From Balanoglossus misakiensis (taxonomy: Eukaryota; Animalia; Hemichordata): a stretch of DNA of 64,000 nt. Both the position numbers and the translations under genes were made by a program. Positions 52,179 to 64,000 of the stretch are shown here, in pieces. The stretch covers positions 10,503,846-10,567,845 of the forward strand of contig CM082577.2 of the NCBI GenBank assembly GCA_040954595.2, given 5' to 3'. The notes below the pieces were generated by a model that was given only the letters and a program-made list of their open reading frames with translations, was not told the DNA's origin and made no database searches. Each line of letters begins with the position of its first letter. Position 1 is the first letter of the stretch.

Positions 52179-55100
52179 TTGCTAATTATTTTCTTGTGGA
52201 GATTTTAATGAGCTCAAAAAATACACACCGTAATCACCAGGTCCTGTTTGGTCTTTCTTGTCCCATTTTCGTATTGTTGATAAACCAGTTTTGGTCCCCT
52301 AGCGTACGACTCTGCCACGGAGCCTCTTGTCCGTCAGCTGCATCGTTCGACACTGTTCAAATTGAATCCCTGTGTCTGCCAAGGCCATCCAACCGATCAT
52401 CTGCTTGTGTTTCTCTTTTACGATTGCCGAAATTTGTTCCAATTTGCCTCTTGTTGAATGAAGTCAAAGGGACAATAAACTTCGGTTTGCTTTTCATTAA
52501 AAATAGAAACATTCGCTTCCTAGATGGTGTTTGTTTTGGAGGCAGAGTGTGTTTATCATGCATGGACTTAATTGACCTGGGGAGGGAGGGGGGGGGGGGG
52601 TGTTCATGTGTTGGGGACAGCACCCCTAGAGTCTAGACTCTCAGATGCTTTTCCTCCCTGCCGTGATGTTTACAAGGCTAGCAGACAGCTAGTATAATAT
52701 TATTGTGTAAGTCAAATAAACAATGCAAAACCAAATAAACCCCCGCTTGTAAACATGGCAACAAAACTCTTGTCCTTGTTTACGGCTATGAGGAGCTTGT
52801 TTAAGGACAGCAGGCTAACAGGGAGAAATCAACAAGGCCCGGCCATATTGCGGAGTAGGTTGGTTCCATTGATTTCGGTCTCCGTGGAAACTGCGTTTAA
52901 TGCACGTTTACGATCCAATTTGTAGTACATTAATATATTTCCATCTGGTCATTTTTCATGGTAATTTCAAATCATAAAAACGTAGAATTTTCGCTCACTT
53001 GATCTCAAAGAAACCCCCCAGAGTACAGTTTATCCTTTGAGTTTCTGTAAATTTCAACTACTGGTGTGTGTACTTATTTACCTATTATTGCAACTAAACC
53101 TGTTTAGATTTGAAAAAGAGGGGTCAGGCAGAGGAAGGAAATTTGCGACGTAAGACATAAATCTTTTCAGTTTTCTCTCCCCGTCTCAAAGTCATAAAGA
53201 TGCATCAAAGGTACCATTGAAGCAAATAAATTTTTTAAATCCTCAATACTTTAGATTTGTAGATAACGCCCCGGACTTAGCCTAACAGAATAAATGGATG
53301 TGCGTGCGTGTTGTGTGCGTGCATGCATCATGCAGGTGTACGTGTAAAAGATCTAAATGAGTTTTTTAAAAAAAATCATTATTTCAGGGAAGGGGTAAAA
53401 ATGACAGCTTATTGGAGCGTATGGTAATTTCCCAGGCAAAAAATGAAAATAAAAGAGATATAGGCAGAATCATTGGCTTGTGAGGGACCGAAGAAAGCGC
53501 AGGTAAAAAAAAAAAAAAACACGGGCCAGTCCACGTTGTTGACAGACCTGCCAATTAGGCCGGGTAATGGTGTGCAATGAGAGAATTCTTTCAGCCGTTG
53601 ACTGGTATAATGACAAGAATTCAAAGCGTGGAGCAGTCTGCGACAATTCACATGCATAATAGTGGAGATAGCTTAGTGGAAAAGTGCCCCTAGGCTGGGA
53701 GCCCGCCTATTAGAACATGTGAGTTTTTTTAGAAATTGGGGAGAATTACATTGTAAGGGGAAATAGAACTCGCGAAGTTCAGTGCTCTTGCGCGGCGCGC
53801 TGGTGTGCCCCCCCTCTCGTCTTTCAAGCGTTCGAGTGAAAATGCGCAGCTGACTCGTCGGAGAATAAGTTGCTCTGTTCAAAAATATGTGTAATGGGGG
53901 AAATTTTTTCCTGTTCGAAGCGATTTTCTATGACTAAAGGAGCGGGTAATGGCCGGTTGCAATGTATCATTTTGTAGATTTTATACAAAGAGGACTCGTT
54001 CGCAGCGATTGGGTTTGGCTTTGCTAATGAAATGGTGTCCTGTAATCAGTTGCTAGTGTGAATAAATGTCCAGTGTGGGGATATTTTGATCTTCTGATCT
54101 CGCGTGATTATTTTAGCTCTGTCTTTGGTTTCTGCCATAGACGGTAGATTCTGCAAACCGATTTAAACGGACTAAAAACAGCTAAATATTCTTTGCGTTA
54201 TTTTCAAAGTCAAAACACACACCACAGGTCTTTTTAAAAGTCAAGCGGACAGACAGACTGTGTGTTTTTCGCCCTGTTTGGGAGAAGACTTCTAAGTTCC
54301 CCCTGTGAGTTGAAACTGCTTGACTCTGAAAATACCACTCGTCCGGCGGACTGCGCATGCATTGCGAGGCGGCCGATGGGAAACAGCTGACAAATGGGGA
54401 AGACGGGGGTGTTAGGTTGATGGGTGGCTCTAGATATGGGAGGGCCTCATGCTGCAATCTTGATGAATTACACAGGCTTGACTCGCAGGAATGTCACTCC
54501 AGTCGCTTGTTGTCTCTCTCGTGTGTGAGTGTGAAGGCAGAAAACAACACCGCGCCGAGGAGGTAGCTGGAAAGCCGCTAATTTACGAGAAAAGCGGTTC
54601 CTTTTTTTTATTTGTTGTTTGTTCCTGCGTTGCGGGTGTCGGGCCGGTTGCTGTTTGTCTTCTGGCTCGGTATAAAAACCGACGAAAGTTCTTTTTTTCT
54701 CTATTGAAGAGCCCGTTTCAAGCAGGGCCACTCCAGACGTGCCCCTGCCACGCCACACCGCGATCTGAGACTGAACAGTTTCTCGGTTTGAGTAATGTTC
54801 CAAATGACAAGTTGAAGTGGGCGATGGTTTTTGTCAAACAGCATTCTCGGGGCTTGCGCAATTCATCAAAATATTAAATACTCCTTAAAAACGCTCATTT
54901 CGGCGAAAATTTTTGAAATGTTTTGTTTTTTTCTTTGACGAAGTGTGGCTGTAGTCCGACGAGCTTGTTTATTCCCCTAGCCTAAACAGAATGAAACCTT
55001 AAGTCGCCCATTCATAAAAGCCACAATGGGAGAACAATGTGCTGTCTGTATTTCCAATTCAAATAGCAAAGGCAAGTGGGGTATTCCGTCTTTTTTTTTT

Positions 55101-58100
55101 CTCTCCCCCTTCATCAAATGGCAGCGTGTCAATTGGGGTAAAGCGCATTGTGAATGAGGCGGGCACCCTCAGAGGGCTACTCAGCTGAGCTGCGTGGCCA
55201 CACCCCCTTGCGGAAACGGACTTCGGGGTGCCTTGAACACGTCCGTCCTCCCCGCATTGTGCCGACCGTTGATCTTTCCAAAGCCATCATCCCCCGGCAC
55301 ATGTACAAACAGTCCAGAACATGTCAACGCCGGGGCGAGCCTCTCTCGCCCAATCTAAATAAAAAGCACGTAGTCATCATCGTTGAATTCTCCGCAGCCA
55401 GCCAGCGACAAAAATGGGCTCGGCGAATCAGAAGGGGGATTCGGCGGTTAGACTTTGGTCAAGGGTAGGTTATTTGCACAAGCTAGGTTATAATGTTTAC
55501 ATATTGGAATTACGGATTATAATGTACTACAATCTAGAGGTACACTCGCGCACACACGCTGGCTGGCTGTCGGCTGGCTGGCTGTCGGTGGAAAGCAAGT
55601 CTATTAAAATGAATAGATATACTTTCGGAACTCTGTTATTTCCCAGGTGCGCACGTTTTTGCTGGCGCCCAGAGTTGAGGGAAACTGAATTTATTTTTTG
55701 TGTGGACCTCAATCCTCACCCATGTCTCGCAAGATCTCGCAGTCAGCTGTTACTGACAACCGGCGAAGGTAAAAACCATGTGTGAAAAATTGCTACCGAT
55801 ACTTCTGTTTTATTTGGACAGCAATAAGGTTGACAACGATGGAAATTAAGTTTTACCATAGACCCTATAGTTTTACATGAGTTTTCTTGAAATAATCAAT
55901 ATTTTTTAAATGCCTACTAGTGGCATCTCATATAAATATGAAAAAAAGGAAAACTGGTACATGTACAACCATTAATGTCTGTTTTGAGAACAAAAGAGGA
56001 TGTTTTTAGAGAAAAAAATTAACAGTGCCAACATGTGCAGTCCACTGTCTTGTGACAGTGTATTTCAAACCTGAGCTATTTTTACTCCAGAATGGAACGT
56101 GTTTGATGGTGCGATGAATTTATCTGCCGTGCGTTTTTAATCCGACTAAGGTTTCTTTGCTCTGAGAAGAGCCTGTGCACAATTGGAAATATTTTATTTG
56201 ATATAAAGAACTGGACTTCTTTTCGTTTTAATTATGAAAGGAACTATAATACAAGCCGTCAAGTCCAATGCTGTGTTCTGGTGCATTCTGAGTCTGTTCA
56301 TCGATTTTTCAGGAAGTGGATCCTGTGATTTGACATGACAGGACTCCACAATTCCCAATTAGATACCGACGTTTTTTTGCTGTCATCATATCGTCACCAT
56401 TGTTCCTCTGAGACTGGTTTTACTGTGGAAAAAATATGTACATGTGTTCTCCCTTAGCTCTTGTCCTTGTTCTATGCTATAAGTTTTTGATACATACACA
56501 GAAAAAAAGCTATAATCCAGCCCGGGAAATAACACACTGCAAAATGTCGACCGCTAGTGCTTTGTATAAAATGCAAAAATACAAAATGATAGATGCCATG
56601 TGTGAATTACACGGTATTAGTGGTCGCACCTTTTCAGCTGGCAGCGACTGCTTTCTGCGACATTGTTCCTTTTGGCTGGCTTGATCAGTTTTCACTCAGA
56701 ACGGGCGATACCGCGACTGAGAGGTTGAAAAAATTAGTTTGCTACACATAGGCATACCCCTAGTACCTGTAACCAGTTTATACAACGGGGAGAAGAACCA
56801 GAGACTTTGCAATCTGGGGTAAAGAGAAAAAAAATGGGACGTAAACACAATTAGACGTTGAACCGAGCCGTGCGCACGCGAAGATATCGTTGACTGTTCT
56901 GCAAGAAGGAGACTGGGCATTGAATACGTTCTGAGTGCAGCCGTGCTATGGGCCTGCCTTTTATGATGCCTTAGTAGTCGCTGGATTACACAGTCCCAAG
57001 ATAATGCGCGGGGGGAAGCTGTGTGCGGAATCGCTAATCAGCCTCCGTCCCTTTTTTTTCCCCCGTCAGTGAAGAAGAAAACCTATTTTAGCTGAGATTA
57101 TAGGAAAAGGCCATGAGTGGAGGCAGAACTGAAAAGTAGATGAAAGTAGCTTCTCAATAGACCGCGCTCGCATTACTTTTTTTCTTTTTTTCTCTCTTCT
57201 GCTGCATGGGCTCCGAGCGCGCGCGGGGGGGGGGGGAATATTGTTTGTTGTGCAGATTGGCGCGGTTTTTTGTTCGACTGCTGAAAGGCCGGCTCGCCCC
57301 GTCATATCAGTGGAATTCGCGCCTCGTACTCCGAACAATGCCCGGTGTAAATTTGAACTTATTTGCCAGAATGTCTTTCTGATAAGCGCCGGGGATGGGT
57401 TGTCAACATCATGTTGACGGGCCTTCAACTTTTCTGCCGCAGTGCTGTTGTAGGAAAGAAAAACAAAAACGCCAGGCCCCAACTCTTCAGCCCGGGCAAG
57501 TATTACATCTGCCCAGGATGGAATGAAAGAACTGGGGGCTGTTTGAGTTCTTTTTCCCCCAGCCCGTCTCCTCTGGGACGAATTTAATGAAAACCCAGTG
57601 TTGTGGAGATTTTCTTTTTGCATATCAAGTCACCCCAGTATGTTGGAGTTGGCTCGGTCCAGCTGGATTCGCAATGTTGACTTAAAAAAATGGATGAATT
57701 CTCTGCATGTATTGTTACTGGTAGTTTCTGTTCATATGGAAAGTTGTTCACAATATCCTCCTTTTTTAAGACATTCGTGGCTTATACTTAATTGCGTAAA
57801 TCATAGACGTTTAAACACCAAGGCCACATACTTGAAAAAAATGTAAACAAGTCACAAACAAGCAGCATATGACTTTGAGTATTATGTATTATTACCGTAC
57901 ATTCAAGTTCGTTTTTAGTCAATTTTGTCACTGTCTCGTGATGTTTTGTTCCATTGAGCAGAAGAGAAATCTAACTTCCTCTATGAAACAAAAAATGAGA
58001 CAGATTGAGAAAAATAATGTTTCCAGTTGGCTACAATGCCCCTACAGGAGAAATACATGCTACTCAGTATTTTTTCTGTGTAATGTTTTGTGTGATTTTT

Positions 58101-58235
58101 TGAGTTTACAGATTTTTCAGTCATTCTGGTCGTTATATTTTGCATGATTTTTGACTAGATTTTATTTACAGGAATTGCTTTTCAGTCAATCTGGTCGCAT
58201 TTTGCTGATGGACTCGTGTTTTTTCTTCTTCACAG

Positions 58236-58349
58236 GTTCTGGCTATTCTTACTTGGGCGGCTACATGACTTCTGTATCCGATGGCTACAAAGGGACAAAC
58301 ACTTCGCCGGGTTCACTGCCAATTGGACAGTTCTGGACACCTTCGGAGG
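58236..58349 (+). CDS. Gene 2 second coding exon, 114 nt: (G)SGYSYLGGYMTSVSDGYKGTNTSPGSLPIGQFWTPSE; the gene continues beyond the window
   Basis: Strong acceptor ttttttcttcttcacag| and donor AGG|gtatgt. Phase 1/1, in frame with exon 40590-40800, with a similar S/G/Y/P-rich composition. Confidence 0.78.
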
Positions 58350-61300
58350 GTATGTTTGTTTACGATTTGTACACTTCACTTCACACTGAAAATGTTTTTA
58401 TTTCCCCCCTTCTGTTTACCGCCGCCACCCCCTCTGGTGCCCTGCGTGTAGTGTGCACGTGGAATGCTGACGCGGCCATTTCAAGGTCTGGCTTTCCCTC
58501 ACGATATACATGGGTTGTACACGGTTAATTAAAAAGCGTGATGATCTGGGCAGTTCAGACTGATAAATTTCACATTTCGTCGACTTGTCGGTCATCCCGC
58601 ACTCTTCAGTTTCAGAATGTTAATGCACGTGTATAAATTTTGTTTCATTTTGATGAGAATAGAGAAAGTGACTAGAAAGAACACAAAATTGACATCAACT
58701 GTTGACATTTGCCTGTTTGGTGTCTGTGAGTGGGTGACATTGAGTTTCTGTGACCAGAGTGTTGTGTCTGCAAGAGATCAAGAGATGGCAATATCACGAG
58801 CAACTTCCTCATTTTAACAGCTGTCACAGAGAGGAAACCTAAGGGGGGAAAAAGACTGGGCTAATCAGCCTAAAAGCTATTTTTTGTGCCCGATTTTCAG
58901 CTCAAACGCCTCATCTTTTGCCGAACCCGGCTTATAATTATCAGGAACAATGTCGCTGTACTTCGCATTGATGCGGCTTAGAGTTGTTAAGATGTGTACG
59001 ACACATCCTGCGTTTAGTTTAGGAAGTGCTTTCAGCAAATTCTGATAATTTATGGTCAAAAACGTGCCCTCTGGAGAAGATTTTTTTGCAAAGTAGCGTT
59101 TCTCTATGTTAATTGGACTGTTTTGCCTATTGTAAGTACCGTTGGAAGACCGGTTTATTTAGAGATACAAAATTTGGAACATCCATCGAGTCGTTTTAAC
59201 TTCTCAGTGTGGAAGTGTTTGGCTTGTCACTAGTAGAAAACAACACTGTGCAAAATTTTTAAATTGCCGATTTTTAACTATCCATTGCTGAACTCCAATT
59301 TTCTGATCGTAGCTGGGGAGAAAAAAACGTCTAAACTGGCCATAACCTGATATTACTGCTCAGAGGACAGTTTTGATATCAAGTCTCATTGTGAAGCAGA
59401 TATAGTCAATGTTACTGCAGTCCTATGAAGGCTGTACACGAAGGCTGCATTGAGATAAGAATGATAGTTTAGGATAATTTGTATTTGCACGTATACAGGA
59501 AGAAACGTACAGCAATTGGGGTAAATGGCTCCCATTTCTTCTTGTCTTCCCTATTTTTCGCATTATCAATTGTGTACATTTCAAAAAAGACCAGCGATGT
59601 CCATCATATTATTTTGAAACATTATCTTGCAAAAAAAAAAAAAAATTGTATGCACGCTGTAAATTATCCATTGTTGTAACTCTATATAATACCAGCAGCA
59701 ATTTTATGGATATGGTATTTTTTTTTATCTTCCACTGCCGTACGACAAAAAGAGAATGCTACCACTGACGACTTTTGACGTTGATGTGCGTAGACAGCAA
59801 CAGTTGAACAGACCTTGTTTGAACTAGGGCAGTCTGACACAGATGTAGTTGTGTGGGGGGAAAAAACATACAAGCTGAAGACGCGAATGTGAATCTGTAG
59901 CCATATTACTTGCATGTTGTCAGCCTGCAGATGACAGCTCGGGTGTGTGCATTTTTTACTGCCTGTACGAAGATTTGTCATAAAACGTTATCTTGGAGAA
60001 GTCAATCCCTCTTTAGTTGCCAAAAGGGCATTTTGGGATATTAACCTTTGACCTTGGGCTTTGAAGAAAAACTGCTGGAGTGTCTGTAGTGTATAACTTG
60101 TACGTGAGCATAATTTCAGTGAAAGATTCTTGCCATCTTTCAAAATGTCGGGTGGTTCTTATTTTTGGGCCATCTCGTGAGTCGTATGCTGGCATTTTTG
60201 GTTTGGAGAATTTCATATTTTTAGTGCTGTTCGGAATTTGGAATTTATGATATGGCCGGCCTTAATTGTCCGCTACGTTTTGTGTAAAATCTGGAAATAG
60301 TCAAAGCATAAGCGGTGAGGGGAAATTTGATCGATAACGCCAGCCATTAGAATTGAAAACGTTGCATGGATTTTTTTATTTTAAAAGATGGCAGCCCCCG
60401 ATAAGAGGGTCGTGTGTGTTCCCATGGCGATTGCGTGCCCGGCACTTAGCTGTCTTCTGTCCTTACACAAGCCGGGGAGATAAGCAAGTTTGAATGACAC
60501 GCTGGGCAATAATTATGGGGTAGGGGGGGCTGTGGATAATGATTCGCCTATTTTGTCGTTTTGCGTCTCACAAAGACTGGACAAACAGCGATGTCAGCAT
60601 CCAGATTGCGCCGATTTGCCGGGCTCGCTCGGTGCGGCCAAATCGACTTGTGCGTGCGTGTGCTGCATTAGTTTGCCGCACACGTGTGAAATTTCTGAAG
60701 AGATAACATATTAAAAAAAAACTGAACCGTCGTACGCGACGGTGTTTTAGTTCTCATCAGCACTTTGCAGTTGCAGTCGTCGGCTCAGTTCCGCAGTTCC
60801 CCACTGAATGCGAGTTGATGGGAAAAGATTTCGTGGTTACATACATGTAGTAAAAAGGGTCCAAAACATGATATACTTATGTTAATAAGACAATTGTCGT
60901 CAATGTTCAGCTCGATAGCATCTCTAATCTGGCTTTGTGAAAAAATGCTGAAATTCAAAATGGTTTGTCCCATTAGACAGCTACGCTTATCACAGAAACT
61001 TGTATATTTCCTCTAGCAATGAAAAGAAAAAAACTAAGAAGTGTTGTAGTTAATAATGAGTGGCTCTAGAAATTATGCAATAATCGTTACTCTCTGTATA
61101 GTGGAACAAAATGAGGAAAAATTACAAAAATAGGCTTCTATGATATAGCATGTATTGAACCATATCTTGCAAACTGCAGATGTGGTGGGAAGATGTTTTT
61201 CACTTATCAGAGACTCTTGAAAGAGTGAGGGAGAGAAGTATATTTTTACTACTGTCTATCACAGAATCGCAAGGAAAAAGGGACTGTAAAAATAGATTGA

Positions 61301-62357
61301 CTGATATTGGCAGCTGTCCCCTTCGGCTCCCAGTTGCCAAGTTCATTACTGTAATTGTGTCGCTTCGCTTTCCGTAATAGCCGTTCCAAAATGGGTATTA
61401 AACCTGTCGTATTAACTTAAAGCAGGACCCGTGAATAACTTGTAACCACACCCCCACCTTCTCTTTGGATTTCGTCCAATTTTTCTTCCGTCGGAAAAAT
61501 AACGACAGAACTTAGTGGATAATCTTGAAGCGAATGTACATGTAGAAGGAAAGTGTAGCAGTAATTTGAAATCCTGCGTACAGCGCCTATGCAAAAATGC
61601 CCCAACCTTTTGTAATGACTCCCTCGAACAGGAATGCTGCTGGCAATATATACCATCAGAGTTTTATTTATGCTTCCCGTAGAATTACTCTCTTCTCTCG
61701 CAAAAAAAATGGTAAGCGTAGACCCCCAGAAAAAAACCCATCTCCAGTGATAGAATTTCTGGTGGACATTACCGTTGTCTGCTAGCTGGATTGCCAGCGT
61801 TGGTCAGCACTTAGCGCGAGAGACTCGCTGAGATATGCCCCGAGAGCATCTTTGTTGCTGAATGCTAATGCAACAAGCCATGGCTGTCTCGAATATAAGT
61901 CCCGGTTATATATCTTTTAAAGACTGTGAAACAATGTGATTTTTTTTCCTCCCCCGAACAAGAAATGATAAATATTGTATTTTGCGCGAGTAGGGGTCTT
62001 TTCTGATGGTCGTGATAAACACGGAGGACACCCCCCCCCACCCCCAGGGCACCCCCGTCTTATCTCTCGGTTTCCCTTGTGTAGTCCGTGTGTGTGCGTG
62101 CAGGCCTCGTGGAAGGATACGCTCGCAGTGGAACGGGGGGCCAATTTGAATAGGAAGTAGGTCCTGGCATGTGCTTTCTCTGAATCGCATTAATTTTACT
62201 TGAGTTGTTTTGAAAAGGCGCTGTGCATTTATGATAGAGAGCGGGGCCGCGATCAGGCTCGCTAGAATTTCCATAGAGATGGGATTACATGCAACATGTG
62301 TAAAGCCTCCTTGTTTGTGGAGTGGCAGCAGTGGACGTTTGTGAAGTCTTTTTTTCC

Positions 62358-62383
62358 TTCTCTCTCTCTCTCTCTCTCTCTCT
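62358..62383. repeat. (TC)n microsatellite
   Basis: Directly visible. Confidence 0.9.
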
Positions 62384-64000
62384 GTACGACAAGGCTGACG
62401 GGGATTGTGGGGGACAGGCCTTGTTCGGTCGTTTGCCATCCCCCTTGTGTACATGTATGCATGCAGTTGGAGGGGGGAGTGACTGATTGGGGAATTGTCA
62501 CTGACAATCCATCCTTCAGTGCTGCTGTCGCTGGAGATATAAATGAAGATTTATTTCCGAGGCCTCAACAACTTGACATTTGGTCACGGAGCTCTGCCCA
62601 GACACAATCGCGGCAAACACCAGTTGGGTCACTGGACAAGGTGATGATGTCAGAGAATACATTGTATGAGGGGTCCCGGTCGCGGAAAGCAAGAAGGGGG
62701 GGGAGGGGGTGCTATCAATTGCCGGTCTGCAGTCGTCCCAACAGAAAAGAATCAGCGGGGCTAATTCCCTAAGTAGATTAGGCTTAGTGCTTGCTGTCCT
62801 TTTCGGTGGTGGCTCTCTTCTGGTAAATGTCAGTGCTGCAGTTACAGAAGTACGGGCTAAATTGGCTACTGAAAGAGAAAGGAAATGAAAAAGCATGAAG
62901 TAAACCCATCCAAGCGAAGAGTGCGGGCCGACTACCAGAGAGGAATAAAAAACAATGCAACTGCCATTGCGCTTTTCAAAGCCTGTCAAAGGAGAACGCG
63001 CAGTGTAGAGTCATGCCCGTAAAAATACCGACAGGGCTGCCTCTGTCTTCCCAAGAACCCATGGACCCTACGCTCGGCTTGGTGCATATACCTGTCGCCT
63101 ATATCCGGCACATAGGCTTACATTTGAGCACACAGACCTGTCCGCGGTTTGATTAGTGTCAAAATAATTCAGTCGGGTCGTTTCTCCCGCGATTCCACAC
63201 ATGAAAATATGATTATAATTTGCGAGGAGAGCGCCCGTACAATTTTACAGCATCATGAGTAAGAGAGGGCAGAGCAGTGGAGCTTGCATGAATCATGGCC
63301 GTCAGTGACAGTTCCCAAGATTGCATATTTTCATGCAGTGCACCTAATGTTATCTGACACGTATAATGGAAGGCTGCAGTGAATTCCGTCTCACCGTTCC
63401 ATCAGCCAGCTTTTATACTTTATACTTGTCTGTGCGTGTGTGTTTCCAACAGGCTCCTGACTCGTGTTTATGTCTTTGTCTCAGGTGATTTTTTTCCGCT
63501 GTGTATTGTTCTGTGGACACTTTGCTAGTGTTTGTACATATTTTCCAAAAGGAGACTAGCTTGTACATATGTACCTAAGGCTAATGTCAGTACAAATAGA
63601 CAGGACATTTTTTTTTTCTCTTCAGCTTAATTTGGGGGTGAATGAATGTTGTAATTTTAATTAAGATTAATTGTAATTCTTAATTTTGTATTGATGCAAT
63701 GAAAAATGAAGTTAGTCAGAAAAAAAAATTGTATGCACACATGGTTGCATTTCTTGAAAAATAATTCTCTGAGACCACATCACCATATCAACCAGAATTG
63801 ATTTTTCTGTCAGGCTGAATACAAACAAGATGTTTTTGTGCCACAATATTTCTGGACGACTCCACAATATTGAAGCCCTGTAGGCCGCGAATAAGAACCA
63901 ACCTATAAGCAACCTGACAGGTACAGACGTCATGGTGAAGCCACACAAGAGAATTGCACTCCGGAATGAGTTTATTAGTGTTATATCGGCCATAAGCTAG

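Noticed and set aside
62296-62772. 158-aa ORF as a next exon of gene 2
   Set aside because: It contains a (TC)n repeat, and the apparent acceptor near 62466 enters in phase 0 whereas exon 58236-58349 ends in phase 1.
63453-63484. Micro-exon-like segment (ttccaacag|...CAG|gtgatt)
   Set aside because: Phase-1 entry hits TGA after two codons, the 32-nt length is not frame-preserving, and the donor is weak.

Overview
This is eukaryotic, intron-rich genomic DNA of moderate GC content. Tetranucleotide microsatellites, MITE-like foldbacks and a mosaic CpG pattern suggest an invertebrate animal; the species cannot be determined from sequence alone. The window holds parts of two + strand spliced genes. 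Gene 1 (1-~11,170) is a 3' end: phase-compatible coding exons at <1-79, 1537-1599, 2199-2379 and 6664-7637 encode about 430 aa of Pro/Ser/acidic, disordered-looking tail with a PPPSYDQV motif, three CPxH motifs and a terminal -ADYV. A ~3.5 kb 3' UTR and a poly(A) signal at 11137 follow. Gene 2 is a 5' end: ATG at 40590 in exon 40480-40800, a 17.4 kb intron, then exon 58236-58349, continuing beyond the window. It has no recognisable domain in the window. It sits in a >30 kb CpG-retaining non-coding region with several candidate promoters and first exons, an architecture typical of developmental regulators. Non-autonomous inverted-repeat elements lie at 239-448, 3141-4228, 14099-14245 and 15671-15738, and a 50-bp minisatellite lies in the 3' UTR. 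Nearly all other ORFs in the track look spurious. I found no prokaryotic-type system, RNA gene or transposase, and no convincing new biological system; the findings are testable hypotheses of modest to moderate interest.
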